Shown here piece after piece: positions 53,165 through 64,000 of a stretch of DNA of 64,000 nt (positions are counted from its first letter, which is position 1; every line of letters begins with the position of its first letter). Origin of the DNA: Nemertoderma westbladi (lineage: Eukaryota; Animalia; Xenacoelomorpha); assembly GCA_032718475.1 (NCBI GenBank), contig JAUCBJ010001598.1:62001-126000 (forward strand), written 5' to 3'. The position numbers were made by a program, and so were the translations under genes. Under the pieces are notes generated by a model, which had not been told where the DNA came from, searched no databases, and was given only the letters and a program-made list of their open reading frames with translations.

Positions 53165-54038
53165 GTGAGCTAATAGTTTCTTTGCACCTTTCGTTTCTTC
53201 ACTAAACTAATTGTGTACTGTTTGCATTAATTTGTTGTTTTTGTATTTCGTATAATATTGTATAATCTGTATCTCTATTGAATTATAATTGTTGTCGCTA
53301 TTGTCTGTTTTGTAATTCGATTACGCGATTCAATTGAATATTCGATTGGGAATCTCAATGTAGCTAAACAGAACCAAAAGTTATCCTTCGATTCCTATAA
53401 ATCTTCAATTACTTTAAGAAATAATTTTGAAATTTAGATCAAAAGTGCAATTTGAATTAAAAATAATAATATTAAAACACACAGCCTAGCAAAAGTTTCA
53501 CTATGGAGGTCAGTTTTGATGTTTTCGAAAGACGAAAGATGAATTGTAGTCTGTCTATCTGTAAGGAAACATTTTTTTTATGTAAAATTGATTTTTTCTG
53601 CAAACATGCTCATAATAAAATCATCATTATCACTAAATATGTTGAGAAGCAATGATTTACATATTCGGTTTTGCCTCTAAATTCTGTACAAAAAGTGACC
53701 AAAAAAGTTTTTTGAATTTTTTTACCTTTCTTTTGAGAGTAACATTTTCCACTGTGAATATAATAATATATTGAAGTTTTAACGACCCGGCCACATTGAA
53801 TCTCATATCTGGACCACAACAATGACACTTTCAATATCAATATCGGAAATTCTATATAGTCAGTAAGAGTTCTAATCAAATCACAATAAAACTGAAACTT
53901 TAGTGTCACTATAACGTGGCCAGACTTTTTAGGGTCTTAACCTTCCAATTAATATCATTATCTGATACTTTAGTGTAAATCCAAGTACTCTTTTAATCTC
54001 ATTATATTATCTTTATAGGCCATTCTAGCATTAACTCG

Positions 54039-57000
54039 TCTCATTATCCGATCCAGGCCACTATCATTAACCCATTGTATCTCATTATCCGATCCAGGCC
54101 ACTACCATTAACCCATTGTATCTCATTATCGGATCCAGGCCACTACCATTAGCCCATTGTATCTCATTATCCGATCCAGGCCACTATCATTAACCCATTG
54201 TATCTCATTATCCGATCCAGGCCACTATCATTAACCCATTGTATCTCATTATCCGATCCAGGCCACTACCATTAGCCCATTGTATCTCATTATCCGATCC
54301 AGGCCACTATCATTAGCCCATTGTATCTCATTATCCGATCCAGGCCACTATCATTAACCCATTGTATCTCATTATCCGATCCAGGCCACTATCATTAACC
54401 CATTGTATCTCATTATCCGATCCAGGCCACTATCATTAACCCATTGTATCTCATTATCCGATCCAGGCCACTATCATTAACCCATTGTATCTCATTATCC
54501 GATCCAGGCCACTACCATTAGCCCATTGTATCTCATTATCCGATCCAGGCCACTATCATTAACCCATTGTATCTCATTATCCGATCCAGGCCACTACCAT
54601 TAGCCCATTGTATCTCATTATCCGATCCAGGCCACTACCATTAACCCATAGTATCTCATTATCCGATCCAGGCCACTACCATTAGCCCATTGTATCTCAT
54701 TATCCGATCCAGGCCACTATCATTAACCCATTGTATCTCATTATCCGATCCAGGCCACTACCATTAACCCATTGTATCTCATTATCCGATCCAGGCCACT
54801 ATCATTAACCCATTGTATCTCATTATCCGATCCAGGCCACTACCATTAACCCATTGTATCTCATTATCCGATCCAGGCCACTACCATTAACCCATTGTAT
54901 CTCATTATCCGATCCAGGCCACTATCATTAACCCATTGTATCTCATTATCCGATCCAGGCCACTACCATTAACCCATTGTATCTCATTATCCGATCCAGG
55001 CCACTATCATTAACCCATTGTATCTCATTATCCGATCCAGGCCACTACCATTAACCCATTGTATCTCATTATCCGATCCAGGCCACTACCATTAACCCAT
55101 TGTATCTCATTATCCGATCCAGGCCACTATCATTAACCCATTGTATCTCATTATCCGATCCAGGCCACTACCATTAACCCATTGTATCTCATTATCCGAT
55201 CCAGGCCACTATCATTAACCCATTGTATCTCATTATCCGATCCAGGCCACTACCATTAACCCATTGTATCTCATTATCCGATCCAGGCCACTATCATTAA
55301 CCCATTGTATCTCATTATCCGATCCGTGCCACTACCATTAACCCATTGTATCTCATTATCCGATCCAGGCCACTACCATTAACCCATTGTATCTCATTAT
55401 CCGATCCAGGCCACTACCATTAACCCATTGTATCTCATTATCCGATCCAGGCCACTACCATTAACCCATTGTATCTCATTATCCGATCCAGGCCACTATC
55501 ATTAACCCATTGTATCTCATTATCCGATCCGTGCCACTATCATTAACCCATTGTATCTCATTATCCGATCCAGTCCACGACCATTTACCCGTTGTATCTC
55601 ATTATCCGATCCAGGCCACTATCATTAACCCATTGTATCTCATTATCTGATCCAGGCCACTACCATTAACCCATTGTATCTCATTATCCGATCCAGGCCA
55701 CTATCATTAACCCATTGTATCTCATTATCCGATCCAGGCCACTATCATTAACCCATTGTATCTCATTATCCGATCCAGGCCACTATCATTAACCCATTGT
55801 ATCTCATTATCTGATCCAGGCCACTACCATTAACCCATTGTATCTCATTATCCGATCCAGGCCACTACCATTAACCCATTGTATCTCATTATCCGATCCA
55901 GGCCACTATCATTAACCCATTGTATCTCATTATCCGATCCAGGCCACTATCATTAACCCATTGTATCTCATTATCCGATCCAGTCCACTACCATTTACCC
56001 GTTGTATCTCATTATCCGATCCAGTCCACTACCATTTACCCATTGTATCTCATTATCCGATCCAGTCCACTACCATTTACCCATTGTATCTCATTATCCG
56101 ATCCAGGCCACTACCATTAACCCATTGTATCTCATTATCCGATCCAGGCCACTATCATTAACCCATTGTATCTCATTATCCGATCCGTGCCACTATCATT
56201 AACCCATTGTATCTCATTATCCGATCCAGTCCACTACCATTTACCCGTTGTATCTCATTATCCGATCCAGGCCACTATCATTAACCCATTGTATCTCATT
56301 ATCTGATCCAGGCCACTACCATTAACCCATTGTATCTCATTATCCGATCCAGGCCACTATCATTAACCCATTGTATCTCATTATCCGATCCAGGCCACTA
56401 TCATTAACCCATTGTATCTCATTATCCGATCCAGGCCACTATCATTAACCCATTGTATCTCATTATCTGATCCAGGCCACTACCATTAACCCATTGTATC
56501 TCATTATCCGATCCAGGCCACTACCATTAACCCATTGTATCTCATTATCCGATCCAGGCCACTATCATTAACCCATTGTATCTCATTATCCGATCCAGGC
56601 CACTATCATTAACCCATTGTATCTCATTATCCGATCCAGTCCACTACCATTTACCCGTTGTATCTCATTATCCGATCCAGTCCACTACCATTTACCCATT
56701 GTATCTCATTATCCGATCCAGTCCACTACCATTTACCCATTGTATCTCATTATCCGATCCAGTCCACTACCATTTACCCGTTGTATCTCATTATCCGATC
56801 CAGTCCACTACCATTTACCCATTGTATCTCATTATCCGATCCAGTCCACTACCATTTGCCCATTGTATCTCATTATCCGATCCAGTCCACTACCATTTAC
56901 CCATTGTATCTCATTATCCGATCCAGTCCACTACCATTTACCCATTGTATCTCATTATCCGATCCAGTCCACTACCATTTGCCCATTGTATCTCATTATC

Positions 57001-60000
57001 CGATCCAGTCAACTACCATTAACCCATTGTATCTCATTATCCGATCCAGGCCACTGCCATTAACCCATTGTATCTCATTATCCGATCCGGGCCACTATCA
57101 TTAACCCATTGTATCTCATTATCCGATCCAGGCCACTATCATTAACCCATTGTATCTCATTATCCGATCCAGTCCACTACCATTAACCCACTGTATATCA
57201 TTATCTGATCCAGGCCACTACCATTAACCCATTGTATCTCATTATCCGATCCAGGACACTACCATTTGCCCATTGTATCTCATTATCCGATCCATGTCAC
57301 TACCATTAACCCACTGTATCTCATTATCCGATCCAGGACACTACCATTTGCCCATTGTATCTCATTATCCGATCCAGGCCACTACCATTAACCCATTGTA
57401 TCTCATTATCCGATCCAGGACACTACCATTTGCCCATTGTATCTCATTATCCGATCCATGTCACTACCATTAACCCACTGTATCTCATTATCCGATCCAG
57501 GACACTACCATTAACCCATTGTATCTCATTATCCGATCCAGACCACTACTATTAACCCATTGTATCTCATTATCCGATCCAGACCACTACCATTAACCCA
57601 TTGTATCTCATTATCCGATCCAGACCACTACTATTAACCCATTGTATCTCATTATCCGATCCAGACCACTACTATTAACCCATTGTATCTCATTATCCGA
57701 TCCAGACCACTACCATTAACCCATTGTATCTCATTATCCGATCCAGACCACTACTATTAACCCATTGTATCTCATTATCCGATCCAGTCCACTACCATTT
57801 ACCCGTTGTATCTCATTATCCGATCCAGGCCACTATCATTAACCCATTGTATCTCATTATCTGATCCAGGCCACTACCATTAACCCATTGTATCTCATTA
57901 TCCGATCCAGGCCACTATCATTAACCCATTGTATCTCATTATCCGATCCAGTCCACTACCATTTGCCCATTGTATCTCATTATCCGATCCAGTCCACTAC
58001 CATTTGCCCATTGTATCTCATTATCCGATCCAGTCCACTACCATTTACCCATTGTATCTCATTATCCGATCCAGTCCACTCCCATTTACCCATTGTATCT
58101 CATTATCCGATCCAGTCCACTACCATTTACCCATTGTATCTCATTATCCGATCCAGTCCACTACCATTTGCCCATTGTATCTCATTATCCGATCCAGTCA
58201 ACTACCATTAACCCATTGTATCTCATTATCCGATCCAGGCCACTGCCATTAACCCATTGTATCTCATTATCCGATCCAGGCCACTATCATTAACCCATTG
58301 TATCTCATTATCCGATCCAGGCCACTATCATTAACCCATTGTATCTCATTATCCGATCCAGTCCACTACCATTAACCCACTGTATCTCATTATCTGATCC
58401 AGGCCACTACCATTAACCCATTGTATCTCATTATCCGATCCAGGACACTACCATTTGCCCATTGTATCTCATTATCCGATCCATGTCACTACCATTAACC
58501 CACTGTATCTCATTATCCGATCCAGGACACTACCATTAACCCATTGTATCTCATTATCCGATCCAGACCACTACTATTAACCCATTGTATCTCATTATCC
58601 GATCCAGACCACTACCATTAACCCATTGTATCTCATTATCCGATCCAGACCACTACTATTAACCCATTGTATCTCATTATCCGATCCAGTCCACTACCAT
58701 TTACCCGTTGTATCTCATTATCCGATCCAGGCCACTATCATTAACCCATTGTATCTCATTATCTGATCCAGGCCACTACCATTAACCCATTGTATCTCAT
58801 TATCCGATCCAGGCCACTATCATTAACCCATTGTATCTCATTATCCGATCCAGGCCACTATCATTAACCCATTGTATCTCATTATCAGATCCAGGCCACT
58901 ATCATTAACCCATTGTATCTCATTATCTGATCCAGGCCACTACCATTAACCCATTGTATCTCATTATCCGATCCAGGCCACTACCATTAACCCATTGTAT
59001 CTCATTATCCGATCCAGGCCACTATCATTAACCCATTGTATCTCATTATCCGATCCAGGCCACTATCATTAACCCATTGTATCTCATTATCCGATCCAGT
59101 CCACTACCATTTACCCGTTGTATCTCATTATCCGATCCAGTCCACTACCATTTACCCATTGTATCTCATTATCCGATCCAGTCCACTACCATTTACCCAT
59201 TGTATCTCATTATCCGATCCAGTCCACTACCATTTACCCGTTGTATCTCATTATCCGATCCAGTCCACTACCATTTGCCCATTGTATCTCATTATCCGAT
59301 CCAGTCCACTACCATTTACCCATTGTATCTCATTATCCGATCCAGTCCACTACCATTTACCCATTGTATCTCATTATCCGATCCAGTCCACTACCATTTG
59401 CCCATTGTATCTCATTATCCGATCCAGTCAACTACCATTAACCCATTGTATCTCATTATCCGATCCAGGCCACTGCCATTAACCCATTGTATCTCATTAT
59501 CCGATCCAGGCCACTATCATTAACCCATTGTATCTCATTATCCGATCCAGGCCACTATCATTAACCCATTGTATCTCATTATCCGATCCAGTCCACTACC
59601 ATTAACCCACTGTATCTCATTATCTGATCCAGGCCACTACCATTAACCCATTGTATCTCATTATCCGATCCAGGACACTACCATTTGCCCATTGTATCTC
59701 ATTATCCGATCCATGTCACTACCATTAACCCACTGTATCTCATTATCCGATCCAGGACACTACCATTAACCCATTGTATCTCATTATCCGATCCAGACCA
59801 CTACTATTAACCCATTGTATCTCATTATCCGATCCAGACCACTACCATTAACCCATTGTATCTCATTATCCGATCCAGACCACTACTATTAACCCATTGT
59901 ATCTCATTATCCGATCCATGTCACTATCATTAACCCACTGTATCTCATTATCCGATCCAGGCCACTACCATTAACCCACTGTATCTCATTATCCGATCCA

Positions 60001-63000
60001 GGCCACTACCATTAACCCACTGTATCTCATTATCCGATCCAGGCCACTATCATTAACCCATTGTATCTCATTATCAGATCCAGGCCACTACCATTAACAC
60101 ATTGTATCTCATTATCCGATCCAGACCACTACTATTAACCCATTGTATCTCATTATCCGATCCAGGCCACTACCATTAACCCATTGCATCTCATTATCCG
60201 ATCCAGGCCACTATCATTAACCCATTGTATCTCATTATCCGATCCAGGCCACTACCATTAACCCATTGTATCTCATTATCCGATCCAGGCCACTACTATT
60301 AACCCATTGTATCTCATTATCCGATCCAGGCCACTACCATTAACCCATTGTATCTCATTATCCGATCCAGGACACTACTATTAACCCATTGTATCTCATT
60401 ATCCGATCCAGGCCACTAGCATTAACCCATTGTATCTCATTATCCGATCCAGGCCACTATCATTAACCCATTGTATCTCATTATCCGATCCAGGCCACTA
60501 GCATTAACCCATTGTATCTCATTATCCGATCCAGGCCACTATGATGAACCCATTGTATCTCATTATCCGATCCAGGCCACTAGCATTAACCCATTGTATT
60601 TCATTATCCGATCCAGGCCACTATCATTAACCCATTGTATCTCATTATCCGATCCAGGCCACTAGCATTAACCCATTGTATCTCATTATCCGATCCAGAC
60701 CACTGCCATTAACCCATTGTATCTCATTATCCGATCCAGGCCACTATGATGAACCCATTGTATCTCATTATCCGATCCAGGCCACTACCATTAACCCATT
60801 GTATCTCATTATCCGATCCGTGCCACTATCATTAACCCATTGTATCTCATTATCCGATCCAGGCCACTACCATTAACCCATTGTATCTCATTATCCGATC
60901 CAGGCCACTACCATTAACCCATTGTATCTCATTATCCGATCCAGGCCACTATCATTAACCCATTGTATCTCATTATCCGATCCAGACCACTGCCATTAAC
61001 CCATTGTATCTCATTATCCGATCCAGGCCACTATCATGAACCCATTGTATCTCATTATCCGATCCAGACCACTACCATTAACCCATTGTATCTCATTATC
61101 CAATCCAGGCCACTATCATTAACCCAGTGTATCTCATTATCCGATCCAGGCCACTATCATGAACCCATTGTATCTCATTATCCGATCCAAGCCACTACCA
61201 TTAACCCATTGTATCTCATTATCCGATCCAAGCCACTACCATTAACCCATTGTATCTCATTATCCGATCCAGGCCACTACTATTAACCCATTGTATCTCA
61301 TTATCCGATCCAGACCACTACTATTAATTAACCCATTGTATCTCATTATCCGATCCAAGCCACTACCATTAACCCATTGTATCTCATTATCCGATCCAGG
61401 CCACTACTATTAACCCATTGTATCTCATTATCCGATCCAGACCACTACTATTAATTAACCCATTGTATCTCATTATCCGATCCAGGCCACTACCATTAAC
61501 CCATTGCATCTCATTATCCGACCCACACCACTACCATTTGCCCATTGTATCTCATTATCTGATCCAGACCACTATCATTAACCCATTGTATCTCATTATC
61601 CGATCCAGGCCACTACCATTAACCCATTGTATCTCATTATCCGATCCAGACCACTACCATTAACCCATTGTATCTCATTATCCGATCCAGGCCACTATTA
61701 TTAACCCATTGTATCTCATTATCCGATCCAGACCACTACCATTTAACCCACTGTATCTCATTATCTGATCCAGACCACTATCATTAACCAATTGTATCTC
61801 ATTATCCGATCCAGGCCACTACCATTAACCCATTGTATCTCATTATCCGATCCAGACCACTACCATTAACCCATTGTATCTCATTATCCGATCCAGGCCA
61901 CTATTATTAACCCATTGTATCTCATTATCTGATCCAGGCCACTATCATTAACCCACTGTATCTCATTATCTGATCCAGGCCACTACCATTAACCCATTGT
62001 ATCTCATTATCCGATCCAGGCCACTACCATTTACCCGTTGTATCTCATTATCTGATCCAGGCCACTACCATTAACCCATTGTATCTCATTATCTGATCCA
62101 GGCCACTACCATTAACCCATTGTATCTCATTATCCGATCCAGACCACTACCATTAACCCATTGTATCTCATTATCCGATCCAGGCCACTATTATTAACCC
62201 ATTGTATCTCATTATCTGATCCACGCCACTATCATTAACCCACTGTATCTCATTATCTGATCCAGGCCACTACCATTAACCCATTGTATCTCATTATCCG
62301 ATCCAAGCCACTACCATTAACCCATTGTATCTCATTATCTGATCCAGGCCACTATCCTTAACACACTGTATCTCATTATCTGATCCAGGCCACTACCATT
62401 AACCCATTGTATCTCATTATCCGATCCAGGCCACTACCATTTACCCGTTGTATCTCATTATCTGATCCAAGCCACTACCATTAACCCATTGTATCTCATT
62501 ATCTGATCCAGGCCACTATCATTAACCCACTGTATCTCATTATCTGATCCAGGCCACTACCATTAACCCATTGTATCTCATTATCCGATCCAGACCACTA
62601 CCATTAACCCATTGTATCTCATTATCCGATCCAGGCCACTATTATTAACCCATTGTATCTCATTATCTGATCCAGGCCACTATCATTAACCCACTGTATC
62701 TCATTATCTGATCCAGGCCACTACCATTAACCCATTGTATCTCATTATCCGATCCAGGCCACTACCATTTACCCGTTGTATCTCATTATCTGATCCAGGC
62801 CACTACCATTAACCCATTGTATCTCATTATCTGATCCAGGCCACTACCATTAACCCATTGTATCTCATTATCCGATCCAGACCACTACCATTAACCCATT
62901 GTATCTCATTATCCGATCCAGGCCACTATCATTAACCCATTGTATCTCATTATCTGATCCAGGCCACTACCATTTACCCGTTGTATCTCATTATCTGATC

Positions 63001-64000
63001 CAGGCCACTACCATTAACCCATTGTATCTCATTATCCGATCCAGGCCACTACCATTTACCCGTTGTATCTCATTATCTGATCCAGGCCACTACCATTAAC
63101 CCATTGTATCTCATTATCCGATCCAGGCCACTACCATTAACCCACTGTATCTCATTATCTGATCCAGGCCACTACCATTAACCCATTGTATCTCATTATC
63201 CGATCCAGACCACTACCATTAACCCATTGTATCTCATTATCCGATCCAGGCCACTATTATTAACCCATTGTATCTCATTATCCGATCCAGACCACTACCA
63301 TTTAACCCACTGTATCTCATTATCTGATCCAGACCACTATCATTAACCAATTGTATCTCATTATCCGATCCAGACCACTACCATTAACCCATTGTATCTC
63401 ATTATCCGATCCAGGCCACTATTATTAACCCATTGTATCTCATTATCTGATCCAGGCCACTATCATTAACCCACTGTATCTCATTATCTGATCCAGGCCA
63501 CTACCATTAACCCATTGTATCTCATTATCCGATCCAGGCCACTACCATTTACCCGTTGTATCTCATTATCTGATCCAGGCCACTACCATTAACCCATTGT
63601 ATCTCATTATCTGATCCAGGCCACTACCATTAACCCATTGTATCTCATTATCCGATCCAGACCACTACCATTAACCCATTGTATCTCATTATCCGATCCA
63701 GGCCACTATTATTAACCCATTGTATCTCATTATCTGATCCACGCCACTATCATTAACCCACTGTATCTCATTATCTGATCCAGGCCACTACCATTAACCC
63801 ATTGTATCTCATTATCCGATCCAGGCCACTATTATTAACCCATTGTATCTCATTATCTGATCCACGCCACTATCATTAACCCACTGTATCTCATTATCTG
63901 ATCCAGGCCACTACCATTAACCCATTGTATCTCATTATCCGATCCAAGCCACTACCATTAACCCATTGTATCTCATTATCTGATCCAGGCCACTATCCTT
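54039..64000 (+). repeat. 41-bp satellite, about 240 copies in window, open at the right edge
   Basis: Unit tctcattatccgatccaggccacta(t/c)cattaacccattgta repeats head-to-tail with almost no length variants. Higher-order blocks are offset by 656, 1189 and 1230 bp (16, 29 and 30 monomers). Confidence 0.98.

Noticed and set aside
48896-53909. Short intronic ORFs (48896, 49065, 49602, 50467, 51133, 53610)
   Set aside because: No recognisable homology; consistent with random ORFs in AT-rich introns.
55920-63099. ORFs MYLIIRS... in the 41-bp array
   Set aside because: They are repeat-derived frames that open only where TAA variants are lost. They have TTG starts and no protein homology.

Overview
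Eukaryotic (animal, probably invertebrate) genomic DNA holding the 3' part of a plus-strand beta-catenin/armadillo (CTNNB1-like) gene. Eight coding exons lie between 39525 and 53164, all with canonical AG/GT boundaries and consistent phases; the 5' exons and the terminal exon(s) are outside the window or unresolved. About three quarters of the window is intronic satellite. The >39.5 kb 47-bp satellite (1-39557) is not generic: its monomer is the gene's own intron/exon junction, 14 nt of 3' splice site (catttgtttcccAG) plus the first 33 nt of the exon (encoding [10 protein letters not shown]). It is amplified roughly 840 times, and only the last copy continues into the real exon. Splice-junction amplification recurs in the same gene: an 83-bp exon-end/donor triplication at 48111-48377, a 27-bp branch-point/polypyrimidine minisatellite before the 48009 exon, a 42-bp minisatellite resembling the 43677 exon start, and a >10 kb 41-bp satellite whose monomer looks like a complete 3' splice site. 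Introns also contain two MITEs with target-site duplications. The many repeat-derived ORFs in the ORF track are artefacts of the repeats.
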